From Botryllus schlosseri (taxonomy: Eukaryota), in the NCBI GenBank assembly GCA_051294905.1, contig CM119374.1, forward strand, positions 20,212,001 through 20,276,000: DNA of 64,000 nucleotides. The letters are read 5' to 3'. Position numbers and translations under genes: made by a program. Each line of letters opens with the position of its first letter. Within the stretch, counting starts at the first letter, position 1. Below are positions 1 through 13,340 of the stretch, in pieces. A model generated the notes under the pieces. That model ran no database searches. It worked only from the letters and a program-made list of their open reading frames with translations, and was not told where the DNA came from.

Positions 1-63
1 AGTAGAGGAAAACTACTTGAGTACTTCGAAAAAGTAGAAGTACTTCGTTACTGACCACCTCTG
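1..63. mobile_element. Right end of hAT-type MITE family A (TIR CAGWGGTGGTCAGTAAC), cut by the window edge
   Basis: Ends ...TTCGTTACTGACCACCTCTG. It matches 1473-1535 at 61/63 nt and is the reverse complement of the CAGAGGTGGTCAGTAA ends at 26666, 37562 and 45107. Confidence 0.7.
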
Positions 64-99
64 GCTATATGTGATAGGTGACAAGCATGATTCATAATC

Positions 100-482
100 T
101 AGGCTTACCATATTTTGAAAATGTAAAAAGAAGACACTTTTTCAGAAATTTGCAAGATGCAAAACCGGAGCAGAATTCTCAAAAACCGGTGAATTTTTCC
201 CACTTTGTGATCGGTTGACTAAAAAAAAAAAAAAAAGAAGAAAATGTCATCTTTTCGCTCAGAGCTAAATTCACCGTTTTTCACTCCGAAATATCCGCCG
301 GAGCGTCACTTCTGTGCTGATTTGCGGCATATCACTCGCAATTTGCTCTAAATCTGACCTAAATTTTCAAAAAAGAGGACAAAATCTCAAAAAAGAGGAC
401 AAAAGGGCGTCCTCCGAGGACACTTTCAAAAAAGTCAAAAAAGAGGACAAATCCTCTTAAAAGAGGACGTATGGTAAGCCTA
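100..482. mobile_element. Complete hAT (Blackjack-like) MITE, family B
   Basis: Perfect 13-bp TIR TAGGCTTACCATA/TATGGTAAGCCTA, perfect 8-bp TSD TCATAATC (92-99, 483-490), and subterminal GAGGAC repeats. TAGGGTKACCA-type ends with 8-bp TSDs are typical of hAT-Blackjack. Confidence 0.9.
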
Positions 483-1349
483 TCATAATCATGCATGCCA
501 GCAGGTATCCAATTTTCGATAGCGTAAGTATTCGTCCACATCGTGGGATGAAAATGATAGTATTGATATGGAAATGCGATGCTAATCCTCTGTTTTCTCG
601 AACAGCACGTTTTAGAAAATAGCATGGTATGGCGCCATTCCCCATATTATAAGGCCCGTAGCTTAGTCGAAGAGTAATACGGAGAAGTTGTATACGATAC
701 GGTGTAAACACTTTGCGCGATTAGTAAACGTCAATAAAAAATATGGTGGACCGTAAAAATGCCATATTGTATAGCTTTATTTCCAGAAATTAAAGGCATT
801 ACTACACTTTGCTTTCATACTTCAACATGTATGTTATCCAGACAGAAGAACTGGTAATAATTATAACTCAAAGTATATGATACTGGGAATTGAAAGTGAA
901 ATATAAATACTACTTCTAAAAGCAGAACATGTATTTATTGTCTTTAGTCCAGAAAGTTTCAAAGGTGGTATGCTAAAACAGCTCTAAAACTAAAAAAAAT
1001 CAGAGTCCACTTTCCAGATTTGGACACGCCATGGACATGCTAGATTACGATATGACAAGTAAATGCTAGATTGCGAAACATCAGTTTCAAGCGTTATGAT
1101 GAGCCATATATACTGTGATGAATTATTTGATATGAACGAAGGGCGACAATGTGGCGTGAACGGAACCACGCCAACCCTCTATTTAAATTATATTCGCCGA
1201 TACTTTCGTGAAATCATACTGGCGACTCCGTATCCAGCACTGCGCGCGAAGCGCGACGAAAATTCTGGGCTTTACTAAATTTTTATGAAAATTAAATGTT
1301 GATACTCCGTGAAAACAGCCCCGAAATTCCTCAGGCTATCTTCGTGATT

Positions 1350-1535
1350 GGAAGATTGAACTACTTCTACTTGACAAACTAAAAATAGCGAAAAGTAAGT
1401 AAGTAGATCACAAAATATTACGAAGTAGAAGTAGAAGTAGCGAAAATCAGATCTACTTGAGTAAGTACCAGAAGTAGAGGAAAACTACTTGAGTACTTCG
1501 AAAAAGTAGAAATACTTCGTTACTGACCACCACTG
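1350..1535. mobile_element. Family A MITE, right portion (left boundary uncertain)
   Basis: AGTAGAAGTA/TACTTC-rich subterminal repeats ending in TTACTGACCACCACTG. Nearly identical to 1-63. Confidence 0.6.
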
Positions 1536-2329
1536 GTGTATATGCATCTGGTCGTTAAATTTTTTTGAATGAATTCTGTCAATAATATTGGTTGTTCCAT
1601 ATATTACTATATATAGTTACTATACTCTCCGCCCACATGATCAGTGGTAGCGGTAGAGCTGGTGGAGGAGGAGGATGAGTTACAGGGAGCGTACATGCAG
1701 GGGGCGTAATTGTAGATTGGTAAGTCATGTTCATGTCCCACCGATAAGATTGTTTATCAGCATTATGCCGGCGCGCACCACGGAGCTTTATAAACACTGA
1801 CAAAACCATAGTGGTTTCCAACCTCATCATCATCATTGGTTTATGGTCGCGTTTATTTATGGTCGCGACTCCATCTCCATTTTGAAAATGTTCCGTGTGG
1901 CCCAGATGAAAATTCGACGAGCTGATTACTAAAAGAAGTCAGCACCTTTGCCCAGACTTACTCACGGGCTATTTTGGAAGCTGATTACGTTAAACATATT
2001 CGCGAACCCCGGAATAAAAGGCAAACCACCACCGCGTTTGGAACCACTATCTTTGAATAAAGAATTTAAGCGGTCTGAACGATCCCTAGGAATATACCGT
2101 TCTCGTGTAATTGCGATTACAATTAGCCTTATTCCAGTAATTGAAGGTTGTTTTTATTTATATTTTATTGCAGTTTTGGGGAGGGTGGTTGTCCCCATAT
2201 TAAAATCAACCAATGTGATGGTAAATCGCGCGCAGCGCGAAGAAAAATTTCATGCATCAGCACAAATATTCCCCATAATAATGTTTTTATGTTGATTTAC
2301 GAAAAATTATGAGCCTACGTCAAGTCTTC

Positions 2330-2433
2330 AAAATTCCGGACATTTGGCATATTTTAGAAATTCCTCCCGGACGCTACTTTGAACAGTAAAATTCCGGACA
2401 TGTCCGGGGAATTCCGGACGTATGGCAACCCTA
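2330..2433. mobile_element. Solo Blackjack-like hAT terminus
   Basis: Repeated TTCCGGAC motifs ending in TATGGCAACCCTA. No matching left end was found. Confidence 0.5.
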
Positions 2434-2759
2434 GTCTATAGTCCTATTCTAAGTATGTGAAATATCCATAGCATTTACATAGGCTTCTTGGTCCCCATTC
2501 CTAAGGGCTCCCGCTCAAGTGTGACGCAACTGTTTTCTCTGCTTCGAGGCTAAAAGATACGCAGCTGTCGAGTTGGAAATTCTTAGTTTGTTTATTGTGA
2601 CGGACACTTTTTCTCACTCTTTCAAACGGCAAGACCGGGTGACGTGAACAAGCCGCGCTTTCTATCACTAACATCTAGTGACGCCAAGGAGAGAGCGTGC
2701 AGAGTATTGAGGTTAAGCGGGGATCTTGTAACATCGCCCTTATAGGACGTCGAAACATC

Positions 2760-5700
2760 ATGTCGGACGCCATTACAACCACTGAAACCATCTCTGAAGA
2801 TGATGTGAAGTCCGAGAAGAAAGTTCTCGGTGAGTTAACGCTGTATGCCGTACGTAAGATGGGCATAATTGCGTGTGATTCTCGAGTATGGTTTGCTGGC
2901 TTCATGAATTGCAGCAGTTACATAACGCGTTGTGGCATTAAAATTACTCCTGCTCTCCCCTAAAATACCGTTGCTCACAATCGCAACATGGTGTACGTAC
3001 CTAGTCAAGCCCGACGTCTAATCTGAAAAGAATTGATGCAGCCTGAATTATTGATGCTCGTCGGTTTGTCGTTGAAACGCTTGCTTGCAAGTAACTTCTC
3101 GCCATTTGCGACGAGTGCTAAAGAAATGTATATTCATTGTCACAGTTGCGCAGTTGTTACATTGATGATGATGACCATGATTCCTGCTTCCGGCCTGGCC
3201 TTAACCTTGTCCAGCGCCAAAAATATATCTGTGGCAATCACGTATGGAACCATTGTCCCGTGCCCACATAATTCCCTGCAAGTACCTTACTTGAATCTAC
3301 AGAATCATTGCTACTAACTTGTTATATTAGGCTAAGCGTACCGAGATTCCAGTCGTGTCAATGTCGCGTGGGCGCGACACTTCTCGACTATGTTGAAGTT
3401 GAACTAAAGACCACTGTGGAAAAGCATAATTATACAAATACCCATAAAACATAATAAGAACTAAGGCTGATGGATAATACTTAGTTCCGACTCTGACAAT
3501 GGTAATATTATTACTGGAACTGATAAGATTAGCAGGACAACAGGTTGATCAATTATGCTTGGTGATGTAACTGATGTTTTGGTTGGTAGGTGGCAGTAAG
3601 TTATTGCTGAAAGTTGATTGGAGCTTGGGAATTATCTGTGAATTGTATAAGCTTAAGTATTAATGTTATATAGGCAGAGCAGACTTCTGCAATACAGTCT
3701 TGTAATGAGCCATAAATTTTGTGATTTGGCATATAGCTTGCATCCTACATCGTATACAGTGCAGTATCTCTTATCTGACCTTAAGCTTAATACTCCTCGC
3801 TTGTCAAAATTGCCTGTCATTGTCGTAACTGTAGCTTGGTTGTGTATTAGCGGTACAATAAGGATCGTTTGAAGATTAGTGAATCAGTGTCGAAAAATTA
3901 CGGTATGCTTCATTTGCCTTATATTGAGAGTGGCCATACCAACACCGGTCTACAAAGTTATTGTTGAAAATATGAGCGCCATGACTGTACTTTGCCTATA
4001 GCAAACTACGCTCACTGTACTGTACTTACTGTACTGTAAGTCAGGGAAGTTACCCCCGGTCAGCGCGCGATCTACTTTCTAGATACCTACAATATACGCC
4101 TGAAACAGTTGCCCTCTACGACTGTCGTAATTATGGTTGGATTGCGACGAAGTGGAGTTATATTTTGCACCGTACACAATGAATCGCTATAGATATTGTC
4201 CGTCTCACCTAAGAACTGCTCTACTTGAATCCTCTCAGGAGCGATCTGCCAGGAATGGCTGCATGGTTGACGCGATAGCCTGATGAGCGTCCATGCTTGA
4301 ATTAGTTAGCTACTATTCTGCCCCATTTAATGCATTAGTCTGGCCATAATCCCACCAAGCGGAAATTGCGTATGCAAATGGCATATTTGACACGGGCAGT
4401 TTAACACCGTCACATTTGCAGACGTCAATGAGTTTGGACAATACACGAGTTCCATGTTTTGAGCATCCACTTGCCAAGTCACCATATCTTGGTTCTTTGT
4501 CAATAATCCATAAGAATAAAGGGTACAATACCAAGTTTCCTAGCCTATTGGTTATAGCAAAACTTATTCATTATTGTTGAGAGGCCTTCCTTTATCAGTT
4601 TTATGTCTTGTGTAACACCTTTCTTTGACTTATTTATATTCTATTTATATTCCATTGTTGGACACGCGCTGTTTGAAAAGTCAAAGTCTCGCTGTATCGT
4701 GTCAGTATATCCTGTTTGTCTTTGTCAGTTCAATGCTGTTCAAACAGCGCTGGTGCCTTCTAGCCGTTTGCGTCTGACAGCGAATAACTCGTCTAATACT
4801 GCATTTATAATTCCATCAGCTAAGAGCCAATGACCGTAACTATCATGTTTGGTCTATACGAAATTTATTTTAAACCAATAGTTTGCTAATATTGACGTTT
4901 GTTTACAGCCACACACTGCACTGGTGTTGTGAAGTGGTTCAATGTCCGTAACGGCTATGGATTTATCAACCGCGATGATAACAAGGAAGACGTGTTCATC
5001 CATCAGACCGCCATAATTCGCAACAACCCGCGCAAGTACTTGCGCAGTGTTGGGGACGGCGAAATTGTCGAGTTTGACGTGGTTGAAGGCGAGAAGGTAA
5101 ATGCGCACACACTTTTATTTCCCTGCTTTTGTGCCCAACGATAGTCTTGAAAAATTGTCTCAGGGCTTACCCGAAGCTGCGAACGTAACTGGACCGGACG
5201 GTGCTCCAGTCCAGGGCAGCAAGTATGCAGCGGATCGCAGAAGATACCGGCCACAGTATCGCCGGCGTCCAAGAAATGCAATGGCGCCTGTGAGTACACC
5301 ATAGTTAGAAAACTTGGCATGGTGACTGTCTACTTCTTGGCATGACGTAACATCAAATCATTGTGCATGTAGTCTGGAAGCATTGTCACACTCGGGGTGG
5401 CGTGGTGAGGTGATTTGTTTGTAGCAGAAATGTTAAAAAGATGCCAAGTCTAATAACGGTAGCGATAAGATCTGTAGCTGGTATAGCTGGCGCTTATAGT
5501 TGTAGAAGCCTCCGTGGAATATAGATTTGTAATATGCTTAATGTCTGAACCCGTGATAATTAAGCCAAGATAAGGATAAAATCCTTCTCTGCTTATAGAT
5601 CTAGATGCCTCTGTAGAAAAAATATTGGCAATAAACTTTGTCTCAACCCGTAATTGGGTCAGAGTAATAAAATCCCCCTTCGTTTTATCAATAACTACTT

Positions 5701-8700
5701 TCCTGCTTCAATGAAGTCCATTAGTCGAATATCCCCATTACGATTTGTGTTGGAAGTATGCGCTGAAGTGTTGTTTCGTAATGTGCCGTCGATGTTGAAT
5801 CGATTGTTCAAGTGTTCTTCAATTAGGATTTTGAATGGGAATGCGAATTTATAGATGTATGGTAATTGTATCGCCAGAGGTGGTTTGGTGGACATTTTGA
5901 ATCCAAGCTTCTCCCCAGAACTTTATTCGACAATTAGTTCGTGACGGCTACTAGAGTCTGTATGTCTTCTGCGTTCAGCGACGCGACAATGCCGCTCAGG
6001 AGGGGGATTCCCGCGAGGGGGAAGAAGGGGGTGAGCAAGATCCGCAGGACCGGCCCCCTCAGAGGCGATACAACCGGAGACGTCCCCCGTGGTTCAGAAA
6101 TAGACGCAGTCACCCGAATGAGGTAAGCATTCTGGCCCCTGACGATTTCCGATATGCCCCTGATTATGGCAGATTCGAAGAGAGGTCTAGGGTTTATTGC
6201 CACGCTTTTTTGGTGCTTGCTGTAGGTGTAGGTTACTTAGCCTTCGTGTTGATAAGCATTCTGAATTTGCCGGCTGGCTCTCATGTGATGCATGATTTTC
6301 AGGTATTATGAATTCACAATGGCGTAGCATGTTCTTTTGTCTTGTCATCATGTTAATATTAAACCCTCGTCATTTTTATTCCGTCAGCAAAGGCCGCTGT
6401 TGCTTTACTAATGTCTGCCTATTAACCAGCGAGGGTAGTGCAGTCAGCATGTAGAGATATGGCACTGTGAAATTTTATGTTTCGGATTTCAAATACTTTC
6501 TAAAACATGAGTGGCAACAGGCAATGTCTGTTTCAAAGGTCTTCCAATAACCATCGTGCTTTCCCTTGTATGCCACCTTGTGTGTTTCTTTGACACTAAT
6601 TTCTTTTGCGCACCAATGCTTGAATGGATCTAAATGGCGGTGTGCCTATATAATTGGTAGGATGCTCTGTTTATTGCTTTCAAGTCCAGTCGTGGTGATT
6701 GAAATTTTGTTATGTTAGAAGGCAAGCCATGCTCAAATAACGATGAATAACTAAGTATCAGTGTTCCATTCGCTGTTTATGCATGTCGGTTACACTAACT
6801 TGACTGAAATGAGTTGGGATTTCTGTTGTGGTTGCCGGCGGCATTTGTGATCGAACCGCACAAAGGATTCCCCCTGTTACCGAGTTCTAGTCTCGTGGGT
6901 ACCTTGCAATGTTGTTCAAAGTCTTCCGTCCAGTAGTATCGTAATAGTTCTGCTGAATTATAAATAGAAGCTTAGTGATTTGCAAGATGTATTGAAACTT
7001 TTTCCAAATATAACGGTAAAGTGAGGGGCCTGAAAAGTAGTGAAGTAGGACGCTTTGAAAAGGAGGTTCGGTCGAGCCCCGTCATGTACTTTTAGTGCCG
7101 GTTCAATCGGAGATGGCTACTTTAGGCATTAAAGGATCATCTTTGCCAGCGCAATGACTAAGTAAATATTGGGCTCTTTGAAAATATACTTGGTTACCAT
7201 GACACAATGCAATTTGGGTCTGTTGTCACGATAACTTGAGACTTCCTCCTGCAAAATCCAAAGTATGAATAGCAAGTAGTTTGCATTGAAACCCGTTCTG
7301 TGAAATTGGAAATAGTTAGAAAATGCCCATTCGTTCTCCGTCCAAGTACCTATAGTGCTTTGTTGTGCCCTGCCTGCTTCTGGCAAGGATTGCGCGATCC
7401 CTTTTTGACTTGGGGGTTCCTCCTGTTCAGAACGGGGAAACCCAGGAGGGTGACGAAAAACCCGAGGGCGAGGAGAACGGCGAACAGCAGCGCCCTAGAC
7501 GTCAGAGACCTCGTCGTCCCAGAAGACCGAGACCCGCCCAAGAGGTAAGAGTCTGTGGCAATGCCGAGTTGATTGACTCTTGTTGGACTTGCCAATATTA
7601 CTGACTTTTATTTCGATGGAATCGATTGCGCCTACCTGTATGTAGCTTTGACACGGCCCTATCGGTGATCTATGTCACGATTCCGCTGCAGGTTTACTAC
7701 ATCGTTATGAAACCGGCGACCTCTAGTTTGCAAGAGCACAGATGTAACCAGCAAGCTGCTGTGACTGTTGCTCGGTTCGTAACCATTTTTTACACCATGT
7801 CCCCCTTTATGAGTTTTGAAGGAATCTCCGGCTACCTTACTTTTCAATGTTTTGAATGAATTAGGAGACTGTGTTTCAACTAATAGACTACTGCTTTGTA
7901 CCGTAACCTGGTAATTAAAATGATGGAATGATACAAATGATACAGTTATAACAACACAATTAACATGATAATGCATTACTTACTAGCCAGTCGAATGTCG
8001 TATAGCAGGCTGATTTGTAAGACGACATTTTCATTAAGCTTGGTGACGGCTTTATTTAGGTTTGCCCAAGATATGCTCAAACATTTTTCTCGAAGCTCAA
8101 TCGAGGTAGCTATCTTGCAGTTTAAATTTAAATTGATATATTTTGCTAATTGTGAAGTAGACTAGAAGATTGCAACTCAAAAGATTTTTTATGGCTTTAA
8201 AAAGAAACATGACGACCCACAGTTACAGAGCCCTTGATTTATTGATATGTTGAGAAATAAGTTTATTCTACATCACTGAAATGGTTCCCAACCTGTTTAA
8301 CCAATCGACACTGTCTGAAAGGGATGAATAGTTACGAAACCCTATCCCTTTTGAGTATGCTGTTTTGTGAGATTTGCGAAGCTGGCTTCTTGAAAAAAGG
8401 TCGTCAATTTCAGTCCAGCCCTAATTTCGATCTCGTTGCCAGTAGAGGTGTATGTTCTGTCATTGTCTTCCCAAATGCTGCTCGCGTAATTTAGGTCTGT
8501 CAGTCTATTCCTTGTTTGGTGTCCTTATGGCTCGCTTGTTTCCAGGAAGGGGAAGGTGGCGCGGGAGAAGGTGACGCCAAAGTGAATGGCGATGACGCCG
8601 GTGAAAGACCGCCGCCTCCTAGAAGACGACGCTATCGCCCACGGTATGATTTTGCGTCGACACTGCACGGTTATCAGTGAATTTTGGCACTTGGAGACCC

Positions 8701-10345
8701 ATAATCCTAACGCTATCCTATTTATACATATATAGCAAGTGCCAAGTTCCAAATTGATCAAGTGCCTTGAACCACAGTTCACGCTCATAGTTCAGTAAAA
8801 TGCCTATTTCCGAATTTTTCAATAGGCCTACAATGTTTATGCAGATATCATAACAATAACGGGACTATAAGCATAACTAAAGTCGAAACAATAACTTGAT
8901 TACATAACAGCTTTTTCGGCTGAATATCAGCAGTTGCTTACGTCAGTAATAGGGTGATTCAAATTTGAAATGTGGGACCGATTTTGCCTGTGAATTGATA
9001 ACTAAAACAAACAACTAGCAGACGGGCAAGTAACGATACATAACAAAGTTAACGAGTACATTACATTAGATTATAAATAACCGAGAACAACAACTCAGAA
9101 CACGAGATGCTCCACAATTGTTAGAGGCCTTCTTTCTGGCGACACAGAGAATACCCTTCGTAGCTTTATGGTCGTAGTTCTGTACCCCAAATGGCTTATA
9201 TGAACTAAACCACTCTTCAAAATAAATTGCAGATCGCGGACCCGTGCCCGTGCGTGTTAACAAATTTCTTGTATGATATCAACACGGTTCAGTATTAGGT
9301 TACGTTAAGAAAGTGCTAATGTAAACGTGTCTTTTTCAGGCGTGGTCCGAACCCAGACGGTGAGACGAACGAAAGCAAGGAGGGTGAGGAACAACAAGGT
9401 GAGCAGGGCGAGGGTAAGAAGCCCCCTCAGCGCAGGCGATACAGACCTCGCCGCCCGAAAGGACCCAGGACATCCAAGTCGGAGGGTGAAGGCGAAGTTA
9501 CCAAGGTATGAGAGTTTTCTCCGGCTTTACCGTCAAACACATGTTTTTGTTGCTCTTTTTAACGGTGATGGGGGCTGATTGAAATCTGCAGCCGTCTAAA
9601 ACAAGCTGCACAAACAACGCTTTCCTGGTGTTCGCACAGGAGATGATATCTTGATTAAGGGTAGATGTGTAGTCGAGTTCTTGAGTAACATTTCAAGGTC
9701 ATACCTTGATGATGACGTTTTCGGTGGCGATAATGTTGATTTTGTGGTCTTGTTTTGTAAACCACATTTAGGCATTCAACCCGGGCGTCCTCGTAGGACA
9801 TTTTTGATTTTCTGAAAAAGTAGGACATTGGTAAACATGATGTAAATTTAAAAATCGGGTACTTCAATAATACATTATGAAAATTTTATATGGGCAGGGG
9901 CAATTGTAACTATGTCATTTACGAACAACTATACAGATAAAAAGCTTTTAATGCAGAAGCACCAATATTAGACAGCTGTGATAATGTAGGAAACCAGAAA
10001 AAGAGAAGCTGTTGTGATGCTGGGCTACACCCCGTCGTTATTAAGCCTTCTGAATACAGGTGGCATTTCTGCACATTATTCACGGGCCAAGGTGTAACAG
10101 GAAACAAGACGATGCCGAAATCCCTTGCTACACTTTTTGTTGTCACACAAAGTCGAGCGAATGTGGATGTGTTTACTAAATTTATGAAGCTCCTTGGCCC
10201 TTTCCGTTTTGTATAGTCCGATTCGCTCTCTAACGATGTTTGCGTTTTGATGTTGCAGGAGGCTCCTGCTCAGAACGGTAGCGCCGAACCTCAGCCCGTC
10301 GCTGCCGCAGCGCCGCCACCACCACCCGTTGAAGCCGCCGCGTAG
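2760..10345 (+). CDS. YBX1: Y-box binding (cold-shock domain) protein, YB-1/FRGY type, 8 coding exons, 330 aa
   Basis: Exons 2760-2829, 4909-5096, 5164-5289, 5979-6122, 7431-7544, 8546-8643, 9340-9505 and 10259-10345, all GT-AG and in phase (993 nt). The CSD reads [92 protein letters not shown] and is followed by alternating acidic and Arg-rich islands. The symbol denotes the family; orthology to one vertebrate YBX paralog is not implied. Confidence 0.96.
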
Positions 10346-11804
10346 CCCTTTGACAGACAATAGCGTTTCCGTCACCTTTTCGATTAGCATTTCATATTGT
10401 CCACCGGGGTGATATTTCACGGTTGCGGGGTTATTACAGACTTTACGTTTATGCTGCTACCGCCCACACAAATCCGCTGGCTTTCTAATCGCGGGGCACC
10501 GCCACCCGCCGAATATCGATTCTGTAATGAAGACGCGAACCTCACGGGGGTTTATTACCACGTGTTGGCGAGATTCGATTTTGAAAATTTGATATTTACC
10601 ATCCCTTCAAATTCGACCTGTTCAGAACCCCAAATTACTAGTATTGAGCCGATTGCATGCCTGTAGCTTGTGTAACATCTTTGTGTTTAGGTTTAGACCA
10701 GTGTTAGCTGACACGCTTACGAAGGTGTCGTTGAATTCATGAAGCGTCATATACTCGGACTAGCTTCCGACCATTTGGCTTAGAGCGGTTGTTTGATGTT
10801 GTTCTGGACTTCTTTTGCTGAAAAAAAACGGTTCCCACGAGGGCGTGTGATGTCGCCGCGTCGCTGTTTTGCAACTCAAAACGATTTACCACGTACCAAA
10901 GTACTCCTATTTTTCAGTATTCCTCCTATTGTAAACCGAAGGGTGCTACTCCACTGTAGGCGACGTCCTGATCTATAGCGATTCTGCTTTTTCGATTTGA
11001 CAGCGTCTTGAAGCGTTTGTTCGTTCAGTTACTGTTTCTTACGTTTTTTTGTTCGAATATGCTGCTCGCGCATTCGCATCAAAGTACTCTAAGAAATTCA
11101 CTCCATATCCAGCGCGATTGATCAATACAACCTCTGGGAACTGGTGTGTCTCGTGTGTTGTTGTCTTTCTACCCTTGCGACTTTTAGTCAGTTCGATAGG
11201 CAGACGTGTGGGTGATGTAATTCGTCTCGCGACTTGTGTGCTCAGCGATCAAGGCGCGCCTGCGTAAAGTACGTATGGTGTGCTTTTGAATAATGAATTA
11301 GTCAGGGCGTGATCGCTGATGATTGGATCACACCTTGGCGTCGACCTTAGTTGTGACGACGCGCGTGAAGTCTAGGCGAGATAATCGTGGGGCACGCCTT
11401 TGCTGCTTTTCTTGGTAGTTTTGACCGTCAACACCCAACAAGCGGGTTCATCGGAGTGTTTGAGATGGCGTGTTGTTTACCAACCTTGTCAATGATCAAC
11501 TCGGCGCTTTAGGGTTGTAACCTGATCATGCGTGCGTTCTGAATTACCAAGATTTTTCCGCCGAGTTCGTAATCGCTGCTCGTGCGATATCCTGGCACTT
11601 CGCTTTGTTCCTCCAAGGTGTATAAGTTGGGGTTGTTAAAGATGTCGATTTGTTATTCTGGCCGAAGGTACCACTGCAACGTTCTCTCAGTTAGGGTTAC
11701 CATACGTCCTCCTTTTTCAGTTTTTTTGAAAATGTCCTCGAACTGTCCTCTTTTTTGAGAATTTTTGTTGAATGTAGGGCAAATTGGACTGAGATACAGT
11801 AAAT

Positions 11805-13340
11805 CAGCACTTCGTCAGCCCCCCCCCCAAAAAAAAAACTTTGGTCCTGGGCCCCCCATAGGGTCATAGACCGAACTTCTGGGGGCGTCGCCCCCAGACC
11901 CCCCTCCGGCGATACACTGTTTACCGCTATTCATCATATTCATTGGGAATTTGTCTAGTGAATCAGCTTTTGTCGCCTACGCGCGCGAAGCTCGGAAAAT
12001 TTCTAGAATTCATGATTTCATCGGTCAGTATGATCGGGAATTGCATATATTGTTATCAATTTTTATCTTCTTACTGCTCACGTAATCACATTTGTCGGTA
12101 GAGCTGAGTGAGGTGTGTTTGAAAAGGTAGGACCACTCAATAATAATTAAACATTTTCCGGCGTATACCCGTTGGCAGGAACGAAACAGCACCTCGTCAG
12201 GCCCCCAAAAACGTGGGTCTTGGGCTCCCATAGGATGATAAAACGACCCCCCCCCCCCATCACGTTGTTCGCGTTTGTCACGAAATTATTTGTACCGTAT
12301 TGTGAGCCAGCGCGAGGCGCGAAAATTTTCGATAATTTATGATAAAATCGGTCAATCAGATCGGCGATTGCATATTTATTATGCTATCAATTTATTGTCC
12401 TCTCTACTCACGTAATTAGATTACCGGTAGAGCTTGGTGAAGTGTCTTGAAAACGGGAGGGCCCGTGAATAATGATTAAACATCTTCGGGCGGGCGGACC
12501 CGTTGATATGACTTCGTTACATGATGTTATTTCGTGACTTCCAGTCTGCTATATCAAAAAATATAGAATCGCCCAAACGTAGGCTTCTAAACTAAGAGAC
12601 GCACACAATTTCAAATTGGTATTTCTTCAGTGGCATAAAAATTTTCCCAGCGGGATGGTATTTGTCTTGTGAGGTTCAGATTGCAAAGACAGGAGCATTC
12701 GGCGCCAGTCTTTAGGCGCCTATGGACAATTAAACCTATATGTATTTTGCATAGCCTATATCGTCGCAGTGGAATCAAAGTGACTTATGTCCATTTTACA
12801 CATTTTGAGAAAATTGACTTTACGTAAGGTTTTCATCTTCTCTCAGCCATATATTGACCCTGATTAACTTTGATTTAATGAAACAGTCATAACCATGGCC
12901 AAGATATGACCGAAAAAGTATGAATTTTTTTTAAAAACTTTATTATTTTCAAGTTTTAATAATGAACCTTCCAAATTTGAAAACTGGACATAGGTCACTT
13001 TGATTCCACTGCGACGATATAACGAAGTCTTCGGTCTGCATAAGGGCATAGACCTTTTCGGCCAAGCTTTTCTCGCAGCCGATCGTTCTGGCACACTTCT
13101 TGGAGTCGCATGTTATATGGCCTAAAACTTGATTGTATGTCTTGGTGGGTCGTGGCGCGGTAATGGCCCAATATCCAATAATATAGATAAATGGCTACTT
13201 TAATTCAGAAAATTTTGAAAAAATTGCATAAATTTTCAAAAAATACTCTATGATTTATGCTAATTCACGAACTAATTTTGGGCCCCCTTCGAGCTCGGGC
13301 CCCCCAATTGGGGGTTTGGGGTGCGGCAGTTACGGTGCTG
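11805..13340. mobile_element. Family C non-autonomous DNA element (CAGCAC...GTGCTG ends) nested in family B
   Basis: Ends CAGCACTTCGTCAGCC and GGCAGTTACGGTGCTG. A second, inverted copy lies at 17471-17909. The left-end region is internally duplicated (about 11805-12185 vs 12187-12500). Confidence 0.7.
12761..13017. mobile_element. MITE family D with 33-bp TIR and TA/TATA target duplication
   Basis: TCGTCGCAGTGGAATCAAAGTGACTTATGTCCA matches the reverse complement of the right end with 1 mismatch. Flanked by TATA on both sides. Confidence 0.88.

Noticed and set aside
4280-4310. CTGATGAG hammerhead-ribozyme core (also on the minus strand near 15380, and CTGAGGA..GAAA near 50200)
   Set aside because: There is no stem II closed by GAAA at the first two sites. 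At the third, stem II is essentially absent and stems I and III could not be formed.
9709-9815. Possible C/D snoRNA in YBX intron 7 (ATGATGA...CTGA)
   Set aside because: The terminal stem is weak and no rRNA or snRNA antisense element was recognisable. Such box pairs are frequent by chance in AT-rich DNA.
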